64,000 bases of DNA from Takakia lepidozioides (Eukaryota > Plantae > Bryophyta): positions 63,612,001 to 63,676,000 of the forward strand of contig CM060732.1 in assembly GCA_030704615.1 (NCBI GenBank), given 5' to 3'. Within the stretch, counting starts at the first letter, position 1; the number at the start of each line of letters is the position of its first letter. Below the pieces are notes generated by a model. That model was not told the origin of the DNA. It saw only the letters and a list, made by a program, of their open reading frames with translations, and searched no databases. A program made the position numbers and the translations under genes. Of this stretch, positions 13,004 through 25,219 are shown piece after piece.

Positions 13004-15773
13004 ACCATTTGTCAGGCTTCTATGGTGGAAAGGATGCATTGAGGGTTTGTAGAAGCATTATTGTGCACCAAGGATTTGAGAGTTTGGAAAAGAGCTCTTG
13101 CATCACAAGAGAAGCGTCTTGTGTGTGGAGAAGATAGACACTAGGGTTTCAAGAGCAAGCTCTAGTTGTTCATGGTGTGAAAGAGAAGTCAAAGAGCGGC
13201 ACATGCTTGGGTTAGAAACACCATAGAAAGAGTACAACAAGGATAGCTTGAGGAGCATTGAGTAGCTCAAGAGAAGCTAAGAAGTGGTTGTTTTATCCAT
13301 GGTGAAATGAAGCTAGATGGGGTTTCATTTGGTTGACAAACAAGCAAGCTAAGGCGCTAGAAGGGAGTGCTTTTGCTAGTTCTATGAGTTCTTGGATTGC
13401 TCTTGGTGAAGCAAGTGGTTGACCAAGCAAGTGGCGCATGTGTGGAGCATGCTTTCCAAGTGCGGCTTCCAACTTCAAGCTTGAGGAGAGCTAGAAGGTG
13501 AAGGGAACAAGTTCATTCATTTGTGTATGAGGTGATGCTTATGTGGAGCATGTTTTCAGCCCATTGAGGCTTCTATTTTCAAGCCTTGGAGAGCAAGAAG
13601 AAAGGAAAAGGGCTGGTTTCCACTTAGGTGAAGGAAAAGCACTTGTAGAGTACATGCTTGAGTTGGGGCTTCAACCTTAAGCTTGAGGAGAGCACGACTC
13701 TTGAGCTAGCAAGTGAAGGGACTTAAATCTTACTCTTTGCATGAGATGGAGATGTATTGATGTTTGGAGAAGCAACACATAAAAGCCAAGAATGGAGTAT
13801 GTGTGTGGATGGCCAAAGAAGAGCACACGAATGAGTGCAAGACTTGGTTGCTTGTCAAACACTACAACAAATTGCGGCTTTTACGTCTCTGTGTTATGAC
13901 TGCAAATGCAGTCATGGAAGCCATTTACGACTTCCTGACTCTGCAGACGTAAAGACCTAGTCAGTTGTGACATGGCAGATATGACTCTCCAGGCTGGCTG
14001 TCACGTGGCGCCAGAGCAGCTGTGGGGGTAGTCATACACGCTGGCTTTACTGAATGACTGAACGGACAGTGTAGTCCATGTCAGCGGCTGTGCAAGAGTG
14101 GCACGTGCTCGATGCAGGAAATGACACGTGGCAGAGTGTTTAGCTCTCCATGACTGCGAACTATGACTACGGGTGTGCTAATCTGGTTGCAACACATGGC
14201 ACGTTGTAGTTTTTACACGTGGTCCATCAGCAGATAGACATGTGTCATGATGGGTGTTTTTTTGGGGTGTATTGCTATTTTTTTACATATTTGTATTTCT
14301 GCCACGTGGTGTAGTACTATTGGAGAGTGAAAATAGATGTAGTCATTATTATGACTATGATAGCAGTCATGTACATGTCTATTACAACAATGAAATATAA
14401 TATATAATACAAAGAGAACAAGGCAGCAAGACATAACTGCAACAAGCTGAGCAAAACCAAGAGATTGCATACCATCTCTATTTACCAATCTATTTATCAT
14501 TATCATTTTTGTTGCGATCTAAAAATACATTAAATAGTCGCATGTTCTCATGTGAATTATTTTGTCTAACTATAACACTTTGAAAAGTGTTCACCCAGAA
14601 TCTTCTAATTACTCATGTATTCCATCAATCTGCAACCCATCAAAAACGGCTTGCATGGCTTTAAGAATTACTACAGCAAGGACATTTGTTTGTTTTCCAA
14701 GTTCTTGCATAAGATGCACCAACCAATATTGCATTGTGAGACACTCACTCGCTATACTCCAAAGCGTCCAGGGAAGGTCACTGAGCAACCTGCCAAGGTG
14801 GAAACAATTAAGAGAATTATCTAATACCATATATGAAAAACCAATGCCAGTGTTGTTTATGGTAACTTTTATCCCATGTCCTAAACAAACCAAAGCAAAA
14901 AGGTTGGTGTGTATTGGCGAAGCCGTCAGATACTTCACAAAGAAACATGCACTAAAAATTAAACCCAGGATGATAGGAAGGTCACTCACGTTTATACAAA
15001 GACATCTTGCCCATTGCCCAGCACCCTGCGTCACCCACACTCTATCTCTATTCCTTCAGCTATCCATGCCTCTGCACAAATCAAGCATTCATCCTTACTT
15101 TGCTGCTAGCAGCTGACAATGACAGCCTACATTTGTTCTAGGAAACACCCAACTCAGCGTAGCACACTAATTCCTATGCTGAATTGCGTCTGCTACTCTC
15201 TGAAATGTAGCAGGCATTCACCTTTCTGCCCCGGTTGACCCATCAGTGACTGGGCTCAGATAAGTATTCATTCCACAGCTTCTCCTCATCTCTGTTACCT
15301 ATTTTTTGACACTTTCCTGTTGTCACATTGGCAGTATCATGTCAAAGTCACTCCAAACTAGATTCACTCAATCAGCTAACTTGCAGAATTGAACATGTAA
15401 ATTTAGGGCCGATTCTGATAAGAGGGAAAAACAGGGTGAAATGTGTTGAAGAAGATGCCTTCATTAGCAATGCCTGATTTTATCACTTGTGCCGCTGCTC
15501 CCAGTTGACCATCTACCCATGCAGGTTTCTTGTAGCTATTGATCCACAGGTAATCACAGGTAATCTTGTGCTTGAAATCTGGCCTTCTTGGATGAATCTG
15601 GACCCACACGAAATCCCTGCTCCTTCAGCTATCCATGCCTCTGCACAAATCATGCATACATCCTCGCCTTGCTGCTAGCAGCTGACAATGACAGCCTAGA
15701 ATTGTCAAAGCAAACACTAGCAGGGAAAACAGGGTGAAATATGTTGAAGAAGGTACCTTCATCCTTTTCTCCA

Positions 15774-16230
15774 TCATTTGCTTTCAGGTGTCCAAAGCCC
15801 CATCCCGCGCTCCTGCTCTGCACACCCTTCAAGCATCGCATTCCACGACACCACATCTAGTTCAGCCATAGTGTTGAACACTCCCTTGGCATCCTCAATG
15901 CTCCCACATTTAGCATACATGGCCACCAGAGCCATGTTCAGGATGACATCTGGTACAATTGCAGATTTGATGATGTCACCAGGGATCTCTTTGCCCTTTT
16001 CCAGGGCTGCAGACGCACTGCAAACGCACACAAACGTTATGTCGGCGGCCTTCACCCCTTCCCCCATCATTTTCTCAAAGGTTGGAGCCTCCATCCCGCA
16101 CCCCAGCTGTGCATACCCAGCAAGCATCGCACTCCACGACACCACATCTCGTTCATCCACAGTGTTGAACACTCCCTTTGCATCCTCAATGCACCCACAA
16201 TTGGCGTACATGTCCACCAGGGCAGGTCAA
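15774..16230 (-). pseudogene. PLS-class PPR repeat fragment captured in the CACTA element
   Basis: DMYANCGCIEDAKGVFNTVDERDVVSWSAMLAGYAQ...ITFVCVCSA...ALVAMYAKCGSIEDA are S/P/L PPR motifs. Confidence 0.9.
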
Positions 16231-17047
16231 AAGGACATGTGGTAATTTGACAGGCATTCACCTCCTGACTTGGCTATTCCCAACCCATCCTGCCATTGGC
16301 AAGAGATTCCACAGAAGCTGATAGTTGTCTGTTTGACTGTATAACTATGTATCTCTTGCTTTCTTACAGCTTGTACTATGACACGCGTAATGCTCTTGTT
16401 GTGTTGAATCATTTCACGCCTTCAGGTTTCAGAACAAACATTACCGTCTTTCTTTATCAGACATGTGCACCAAGACAGAATCTCACCAAAAGATTGTTGG
16501 TGTTCAACAGTACCATACATGAAGATAACTAGCACCAAAAGGGCATATGAAGCTTATTCTGCTCTCCACTGGTATTAGCTTGCACCAGGACTTTCAATGG
16601 CTGTCTTCCAGTCCACCCACGGCCCGCTGTAAATGGCTTGCAACCTACATATTTTCAAGAGAGCTGATTACCATGAAAATTTCAAAACTGGCTTTACAAA
16701 CCTAATAATTCAAGCATAATCAGCATTCAAGCTAAGGAAGCTTTACAAGCATCGTGTTGCGAGTAAAGCCTTGGCAATGTCACCAGGAAATCCTTGGCTG
16801 AATGGATGACACTGAAATAATGGAGCTTGAAATCCGGCCCTCTTGGACGAATTTGGGCCCACACTCTATCCCTGCTCCTTCAGCTATCTATGCCTCTGCA
16901 CAAAATCCTTCAGCTATCTATGCATACATCCTTGCCTTCTGCTAGCAGCTGACAATGACAGCCTAGAATTGTTCCAGCAAACACCCCCAACCCTACTTAT
17001 CAACGAGCAATGAGCTAACTTACAAAATTCAATATGCATCTCAGGCG

Positions 17048-17960
17048 TCTGATGAGAGGGCAAAACATGCTGAAATAGGTCGAAGAAGAAGGTGCCCTCA
17101 CCACACTGTCCGTGACCTTGTGTCATGACCCATGGAGGATTTGACCTTGTGTGTGATGCTTGTGTCTGTAGTCAGGTAATGTCGGATTGGTCAATGAGAA
17201 CCTGCACCACGGTGCAGCTGAGCAGGCAGACTTTGAAACACGGTCTGCTAAGACCAAGCTGACTCTCCCAAGAACCTTGTAAACATCAGGAAGAATATCA
17301 AATCATGGTACTAACAGGAGCCAACAACCCACATTTGCAGGATGGACAAAATTCTGCACATCGTACATTAAAAAAAAACCACACCTTGCGATTGCGGTCG
17401 CACCCTGAAGGATCTTAAAAAACTCATGCCAGCTCTGCTCCATGATTCAAATTCAGGGCCGAGTCTGATGAGAGGGCAAAATAGGCTGAAATAGGTCGAA
17501 GAAGAAGGTGCCCTCACCACATTGTCCTCGACCTTGTGTCATGACCCATGGAGGATTTGACTGAACATGAACCCAAGATGACCTCTAGTGTGTGCTGCTT
17601 GTGTCTGTAGTTAGGTAATGTCGGATTGGTCAGTGAGAACCACCACGGTGCAGCTGAGTGGGCAGAGATTGAAACACGGCCTACTAAGACCAAGCTAACT
17701 CTCCCAAGAACCTTGTAAACATCAGGAAGAATACCAAATCATGGTACTAACAGGAGAGCCAACCCACATTTGCAGGATGGACAAACTTCTTCACATCGTA
17801 CATTAAGAAAAAGCCACACCTTGCGATTGCGGTTGTCCCACCATCGTGAAGGATCTTTTAGAAACTCATGCCAGCTCTGCTCCGTGCTGTAAAATCAGGG
17901 CCGAGCGGGTAGAGATTGAAACACGGCCTGCTAAGACGAAGCTGACTCTCCCAAGAACGG
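17048..17960 (+). repeat. Direct repeat of about 415 bp (two copies plus a partial third) inside the CACTA
   Basis: TCTGATGAGAGGGCAAAA...GAAGAAGAAGGTGCCCTCACCAC...CTCATGCCAGCTCTGCTCC begins at about 17048 and again at about 17464. Confidence 0.85.
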
Positions 17961-18204
17961 CGGGCTCCCAGCCAAAACCTCCTCGCACACATACCCTAGC
18001 GTTTCTAGGGTTGCTTGCTCCAGATGCGAAGGTTGATCCAACTGCGGGCCTCCCATGCATGTTTGCCCTCTCTCCCGCTCGCTCGCTCTAAGTCCCAACC
18101 CTCTCTCTCTCTCCCTCCCGCTCGCTCTAAGTCTGTTCACGCTACTGTGATGGGCAACTTTTTAAGTTTTTTAACCTTTTTGTAAACCCTAAAAGCCCTT
18201 TTTT

Positions 18205-18417
18205 GATTTTTTTTCTTTTTTTTTTCTTTTCTTAAAGGAAACCACAAGCCCTTGAGGAGGGGGAAAATTCACCCGCCTTCATTTATGGGCCATAAGACCT
18301 ACAAGACGATCAACGTCAAGACATACCGTCTCGAACAATCCCACACACGGGATAAGGGCAGCGGGTTTGAACCCCAAACCACAAGGGCGACACACTGTGC
18401 ACTTACCAGCCGACGTG
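18205..18417 (-). mobile_element. tRNA-derived SINE
   Basis: On the minus strand: A-box-like GGCTGGTAAG, B-box GGTTCAAACCC about 30 nt later, a body of about 190 nt, and an A-rich tail. Confidence 0.6.
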
Positions 18418-19214
18418 ATTTTTTTTAAATCTTTGTTTTTTTTGGGTTTTTTTAATTCATTCTAGTGGTAAGAGTCTCCGTTTTTTTAAGATATAAATAC
18501 TCATATATTATATATATAACCAGAAAAGCATGTGTCGACACGTGTAGTCATGTAGTGATTCATCCATGTGATGATCTGGCATAATGCATTAGAGTGAGAG
18601 TCATGAAGTCATATGTCTGTCTTGCAATATGCACACGTCATTCTAGTGTAGCCATGACCGTGACTAGTAGTCATATCTGCCATGCCAATATTCGTGGTCA
18701 AACATGTTTGACCTGTGTTGCGCAGAGTCCGAAGCCATGCAGTCGCATATACGCCTTCTCCAGACCTACATTATGACTTCAAAAGCATTTTACGACTGCA
18801 AATGGCATTTCTGCCACAAATATGTCATGACTGCGCACCCATGGGAGTCATAAAAGCCGCAATCTGTTGTAGTGATATGAGGTAAAAAGCTTGATTCTTG
18901 AGCTCCAAAGAGAAGTGAAGCTTGTTGTGTGGCAAATGCATTGCTAGGTGAGATGGAATCAAGCTTGGTTGTGGCTTGAGGTGAAGAAGATCAAGGTAGT
19001 TTGCCTTGGTATCTCATAGAAGTCATGGATGCTTGAGGAGAGCAAGCATGAAGTTCATAGTGGCAGCCTAGTGACTGACTAGTTGTAGCCTAGTGGTTGG
19101 ACTAGTGGGTGGACTAGTGATGGACTAGTGATATACTAGTGTGTGGCGTGCACATGTGTTGTGTGATTTTGGACAGCGATGTAGTTGTGTAGCGATATGT
19201 ATGCGCACGACAGC

Positions 19215-19731
19215 TGTCAAGTTATTTTACCACTAGTGTGAAACTAGCTAGGAAATAGCTAGCTTTTACATATTGACATTTGGGATTGGCCCAAGTGTCA
19301 ATCCAGGGGTCAAGGCAGATTTAGGCCCTGGAGTGGTTATCTTCACGGCAAGCGCGGGAGGCTCATCTTTCTCGAGTTGAGCCTCACCGCGCCTAGCTAT
19401 GGCGCCGTAGTGTGGATTCCCCATGGCGTGGGGTGCACTTGGCTTGACTTGTATTTGAGTAATGAGTTTATATATGCATGAGTTTATGCTTCAGCTTTGT
19501 GAGCTCGCATGAGCTTGTACTTGTATTCTTCTTCGTAATCTATTGTGTGGACTAGTAACTGCCATAGTGGGCAGCATAGTGGCAGCCTAGTGACTGACTA
19601 GTTGTAGCCTAGTGGTTGGACTAGTGGGTGGACTAGTGATGGACTAGTGATATACTAGTGTGTGGCGTGCACATGTGTTGTGTGGTTTTGGACAGCGATG
19701 TAGTTGTGTAGCGATATGTATGCGCACGACA
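19215..19731 (+). mobile_element. LTR related to the 12341 and 48540-49004 LTRs
   Basis: TGTCAAG...CACGACA termini. Shares the blocks GGCTCATCT..GTTGAGCCTC and GTGGATTCCC..TTGGCTTGAC with the other two. Confidence 0.7.
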
Positions 19732-19959
19732 TAGGCCATCACCTGATGATGACAAACAATTGGCATACAAGGCTGATTTGCTTCCTCATGTGTCTGTGCA
19801 TATTCCACTGTGGGTACGGTTGGGAATTTGCATCGAGTAGCAGGCGAGTGTGTGCACCAAGCATGGCAGGAGGCCTTTCCATTGGTGAGTGAGGGGAGTT
19901 CAGTGACATCACCTGGACCTCATGAGTTAGCTCATTTGGACACAGTGCCCATTACCTGG

Positions 19960-20930
19960 CAACCACCCGACTCAGGGATTTGTTTGCTAGACTTGTTTGG
20001 AGGCATGAGCACTGGGCTTGCAGGAGTATTGCAAACAGGGATTAAAGTACGCAAGTACTTGTATGTGGAGAATGATGAGATAGCTCGGCGTATTTCTATG
20101 CGCCACATCGCCTTGCTCACACACCAGTATCCTGAGTTGTTGCCTCTATCAGCAATTCAAGGGTATCAAAAGGCCTTGTCAGCAGACATTACCTTGCTGG
20201 GGGCGGATGATTTGGACCGGCATGGTTCCATTGACTTGGTGATAGCTGAATGGCCTTGCCAATGACACTCTCCCGTAGGTCATGGGAATGGCTTGCATGA
20301 TGCACGATCGCATTTATTTTGGGAGATGTTGCGAGTGTTGCGTGACTTGCAGGTGAGGCAAGTGCAACCTCCAGCTTACATCCTGGAGAATGTTCCTCTC
20401 ATGGGGGATTCTCGGGCTAGGGTTATGGCCAGTGTGCATCAGATCCGGTCATGGATTGGACCAGCTTTATTGTTGGATGTAGCTGCAGTGGGTTCACGGG
20501 CACATAGGCCTAGGTTGTGGTGGACAAATCTTGCACCACCGGAGTTGCTCAAGAGAGCCTATGATTCCATTCAACGGCCACCCAACCTCACGGTTGAGGG
20601 CATTTTGGACCAAGGGAGGCAACCACAGAGGGTGCGACATGATGACCATCCACCTCTAGCAGTGGTAAATTGAGTGGGGTAGCCACGTGCAGCCTTGCCT
20701 ACGCTCATGAGCTTTCCCTCGTCTCATGCTTTTAGAGACAATGGTCCTGGGTTGATTTGGGACAGTGTGCTACAGCAATTGGTGGAGCCCAATGCGGATG
20801 AGCGAGAGCGGGCAATGGGATTTGCCACGGGCACTACAGCTGTGTCAGCTCTGTCAGAGGCATCACGACGCTAGGTGTTGGGTCAGGCAATGGATCTCAA
20901 TTGCTTGACATGGGTCATTGGCTTGTGCAT
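19960..20930 (+). pseudogene. C5 cytosine DNA methyltransferase domain (DNMT3-like) within pol
   Basis: Motif I LLDLFGGMSTG, II YVEND, IV DLVIAEWPCQ, VI YILENV, VIII RPRLWWTN, IX ERERAMGF and X LGQAMD, all in order and in one frame, with 4 stops. Confidence 0.9.
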
Positions 20931-23900
20931 GGGTGAGCAACGGAGATTGCAAGCATTAGTGGCTACTTCTGCACTTCTATTGGATATTGCACCATCTCTG
21001 CCAACAAGGACGGTGGAGGCAGTGAGTGGGGGCGAGCACAGGATCATGGGGTGCAAACACCCATGGCAGATATGGGATGAGATGCGCAAAGAGAGAGTCA
21101 TTGGATCTCTCAAGCAGCATTATGAGGAGTGGGGAGAGCCATGGACTGAGGATCAGTTGGAGGCCAAGGTGGCCAAGGTTTTTGAAGAGGTTGAAAATGT
21201 TTCTTGCTCAGAGGATGTTCTCAAGGTGGCTATGGCGGATCAAGTGGAGGCTACGCCATAGTTAGACTGGGCAGACAAGGCCCAAGAGGTTGCTATCTAG
21301 CAACCAAAAGATACGTCTCCTACCTCCAAGCCTGGTGTACCCAAGGTTGCAATCATTGAGGACAATTGGGAACCAGATGTTGGACCTACAGTCACCGGAG
21401 GAGAGAAACGGAGGATCCAGCAATTTTTAAGGGCTTATAGAAATTGCTTTGCCTTCAGTTTGAAGGATTTGGGGAGTTTGAAGGGTCAGGAGATTCGTAT
21501 TGATTTGGCAAGTGACACGCCAATCTTTCGAAGGCCCTACAGGTATAGTGATATGGAGAGGTCTTTGATCCAGTCACGGACTATGAAGTTGTTGAAAGCT
21601 GGATTGGTGGAGTTGTCAGGCGGGGAGTATGCCTCGGCAACGGTGATGCCAGCTAAGAAGGATATCTATGGCAATTGGACAGAAAGGAAGATGTGTGGGG
21701 ACTACCGTCCTGTGAACCGTCATACTAAGTCCGATAGATATGCCATGCCAACTCCAGATGAGATCTTTGATGCCATTGGGCATGCAAAGGTGTTTAGCAC
21801 ATTGGACTTGCGATCCGGTTACCACCAGTTGCTAATCAAAGAGGCTGACAAGCAAAAGACGACATTCTGGGGGATTGACCAACATGGGAAGGATTGTTTA
21901 TACCAATGGCGGTTCCAACCGTTTGGGTTGAAGAATGCTCCTGCAGAGTTTCAGAGGGTTATGGATAGGATTCTTGCAGGGCTAGACTTCGTCCGGTGCT
22001 ACATTGATGATATCATTATCTTTAGTGCCACGGTTGAGGAACATGAGAGATACCTTTTGAGCGTTTGAGCGTTTGAGGGCGCATGGATTGAAACTGCACC
22101 CTGGAAAGTGCAAGTTCTTCCACGATCAAATTGAGTATCTGGGCCACATGATATACCCTGGAGGATTGGGTGTTCAACAGACAAAAGTGGAGGCCATTTC
22201 ACGCATTTCACACCCTATAGATGTAAGCAGAGTTCGTGCTTTCATGAGGTTGACAAACTACTATTGACGGTTAGTCAAGGATTTAGCAGCATTGCAAAAG
22301 CTCTTACCAAGTTGACCAAGGTGGGTCAGGAGTGGCAGTGGGAGGAGGAGCAAGAGAAGCCTTTGAGGAACTCAAGGCTCGATTGGCTTCTACGCCTATT
22401 CTGAGGCGGCCTATTCGGGGGCGGTCTTTCCAGCTACATACGGAGTGGAGTATGCTGGGGATTGGAGCAGTGCTCACACAGGTGGATGATGAGGGAAGAG
22501 AGTTCATCGTGGCATATGCTAGCCGCTCGAGCAATGATGCCGAAGCAAAGTATAGTTCCTATGAAGGGGAGTGTCTGGCTGCAGTATGGGCAGTGACACA
22601 TTTTAGATGCTACCTCTATGGCAATCTCTTCACCCTTGTCACGGATCACCAACCATTGAAATGGTTGATGTAGTCAGACAAGCTTACATGAAAGCTTGCA
22701 CGGTGGGCACTTATGCTTCAAGAGTACGACTTCCAGGTGGTGCATCAAGTCGGTATAGTCAATCGGGATGCAGATGGATTGAGTCGTAATCCATGCACGA
22801 GCCAGCATGATGATACTAGAGCTCGGTGGCATGGTGAGACGGATGAGGAGATGGTGTCAGGATGGCATGCATCTGCCTTTTTGTGCTTCCTAGCAATGGG
22901 AGCTCAAGCTAGTCCATCCCATGCGATAGGTCATGTAGATAGCGTGCATGACGATCCAGAGATTAGTGAGGAGTTTGGTGGTGTTAAGGATGTGCATGAA
23001 GATGCAGCAGTGTTGGCATACCTTCATACCGGAGAGACAGTAGCTAATATGACTGTTAAGGAGAGAGATTGGGTCCTACAACAAGCCAAGAGATTCAAGT
23101 GGGAGGGGACTCACCTACTCCGAGTATGGGAGGATGGACGAGTGAGGATTGTGCCTCATCCAACACAACGAACGCGATTGATATGCCATGCCCATGAGGA
23201 GTTGGGACATTTTGGGGTGTGACACACTCATAGTTTGCTGCAAGGACAGTATTGGTGGCGGGGCATGCACACGGATGTGCAACAATTAGTGGCAAGTTGC
23301 ATGGTGTGTGATAGAATGCGGGCTTCTTTCAATGCATCTACTCCACAATTGCATCTTTTACCCATTATGGGTTTGGGCTATCGTTGGAGTCTTGACTTCG
23401 CAGGCCCATTGCCACTAACTATTCGCCATAACAAGTATGTGCTGGTGATGGTGGAATATCTCTCCAAATGGATTGAACTGGTGGCATTGCCTGACAAGGC
23501 AAGTAAGGGGGCTGCGTATGCATTCTTAGATCGACTGCTTAGCCAATTTGGTGCTCCAGCCGAGGTACTCACGGACCAGAGGAGAGAATTCTTGGGGGAG
23601 TTTCAGGCTTTGTGTGAGCAAGCCTTGATAGATCACCACACTACTTCTCGGGATCATCCCGAGGCTGATGGCTTGGCCGAGAGGGTTGTGCAAACAGTCA
23701 AGCGAGGCTTGCGCAAGTATGGCTTGCAGAAGGGACACTTGGGAGATTGGGACCTTCAGCTACCTTGGTTGGCCATGGGCTACAGGTTTAGCAAACAAGC
23801 ATCACTTGCCTCGTTCTCGCCTTATTTCCTTCTCTTTGGCCGAGAGCCAGATTTGCCTACATCTATTCGCAGGGAGACTGCAGTAGTCCTCAACCTTGAT

Positions 23901-24279
23901 GATCCGGATGTGTGGACACAAGCATGTGCCCAACGGGCAGAGTTGTTCAAGAGGGTCATGCCTATGGCTTTTGAGAACCTTGCTATTGCCCAACACCGAG
24001 ATACATTGAGAAACTCCACTATACGTGGAGGGGGATATTGGCTAGGTGTTCGGCGTTTCCATCTTGGGTTTATGTGTATCTGCAGCAGACAGCGCTTACG
24101 ACCTTGGATGTCACAGCAGGTCGTGTGATTCTAAGGGTCCGGGAGGTGTTGCCTTCAGGAGTGTTGATTCTGGAGGGTCGAGATGGCATGATATGGAAGG
24201 ACCATGTGCGCAATTGTGTGTCATGTCACCTTCCACATGTGGATGGGAAGATAGATCTCAACCTTGCAATGGTACCTGC

Positions 24280-24350
24280 AGGGTTGCGTTGCATGCTATG
24301 TGGGCATGCTGGTGGTGCCGCGACCATGTTGGTGTGTAACAAATGCTCAA
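24280..24350 (+). pseudogene. N-terminal half of a PHD finger after integrase
   Basis: CMLCGHAGGAATMLVCNKC fits C-x2-C-x11-C-x2-C with the typical MLxC motif. Truncated by the copia LTR. Confidence 0.7.
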
Positions 24351-24714
24351 TGTTGGAAGTAATTAAACATATCTAGAAGACAAAGTCTTGAAGGCCAAAG
24401 GTTTAGAAGTCTAAGAGACTATCTTGTTTAACTCACCTTTGGAAGGTGAATGGTTAGAAGGTGGATGGTCACCATAGTGGAAGTGAAAGTGACCAAGTAG
24501 GACTTCCTAGAGACCTTCTTGTATAAGCTCGGGGGTAAAGCCACTAGTCTAAGTGTAAGAGTATGATGGTGGCTTCTATGGTTGGGAGGAGAGTTTTAGT
24601 TTTAGCTTTAGTCTAAGACTTTAGTTCTTGTTCATGTTCTTGCTCAATTCTAACATGGTATCAGAGCCATTCTTATCTAGGTGAGAGTTGGTAGTTGAGA
24701 TTGAGAGAACGATT

Positions 24715-25219
24715 ATGGCTGGAGCGTCGTCTTCTAGCAATCATCCTTCTATGTCTATGACGAGTGCATTAGATGTGAGAGTGGAAGATCGATTCAATGG
24801 AGCTAACTATCAGACCTGGAAGTTTAAGATGGAGATGGTCCTTCTACACAAAGATCTATGGGGAGTGGTTGATGGATCAGTCCCAAGACCTGACACTATT
24901 ATTGGCCAAGCCATGAGACATGAAAGATCAGAAAGCAAGAGCTCACAAGCTTGAGAGACAATCAATTGCATCTTATTATAAGTGCTAAGCAAATGCTAAG
25001 GATGTTTGGGACAAGCTAGCAAGCATATATGAGATGAAGGATGTCACATCGCAAAGTGTATGCGACGCAAAAGTTCTATGGTCTGAAGATGACCAAGTCA
25101 GACTCAGTTGAACAACACTTGAATTTGTTTTGTGTGTTGCGAGATCAACTAGTCTCTGTGGGAACTAATGTGACTGATGAACACGTCGTAGTGGTGTTAT
25201 TGGCAACCTTACCTGAATC
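24715..25219 (+). pseudogene. Copia gag 5' part
   Basis: RFNGANYQTWKFKMEMVL...LLATLPES. Continues at 30268 as PESYDGFV once the insertion is removed. Confidence 0.85.

Larger units (their letters stand above)
13860..18874. mobile_element. Non-autonomous CACTA (Pack-CACTA) element carrying PPR gene fragments
   Basis: TIRs CACTACAACAAATTGCGGCTTTTA and TAAAAGCCGCAATCTGTTGTAGTG (one mismatch in 24). The 3-bp flanks are AAA and ATA. ATGAC/GTCAT subterminal motifs occur at both ends. No transposase recognised. Confidence 0.9.
13010..19212 (+). mobile_element. LTR-like sequence (about 1.2 kb) split by the CACTA insertion
   Basis: Starts TGTCAGG and resumes at 18875 with the same composition. Ends ...GCGCACGACA. 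Its last 155 bp or so are nearly identical to 19576-19731. Confidence 0.55.
19733..24350 (+). pseudogene. Ty3/gypsy pol relic: DNMT-RT-RNaseH-integrase-PHD
   Basis: ORFs starting at 19810, 20293, 20875 and 21460 share one frame and are separated only by stops. RT motifs MCGDYRPVN, FSTLDLRSGYHQ, PFGLKNAP and YIDDII. RNase H motifs SSYEGECLAAVWAV and TDHQPL. Integrase HHCC, WSLDFAGP, TDQ and GLAER. Confidence 0.92.

Noticed and set aside
18340-18417. tRNA gene
   Set aside because: A and B boxes are present but there is no cloverleaf. The unrelated body and A-rich tail indicate a SINE.
19960-20930. Bacterial restriction-modification methylase or contamination
   Set aside because: It is in frame with gypsy RT, decays like the surrounding TE, and has no bacterial context.
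10968-24350. The gag-PR at 10968 and the DNMT pol as one element
   Set aside because: After removing the intervening LTRs the protease does not continue into 19732 and there is no shared TSD. A deletion cannot be fully excluded.
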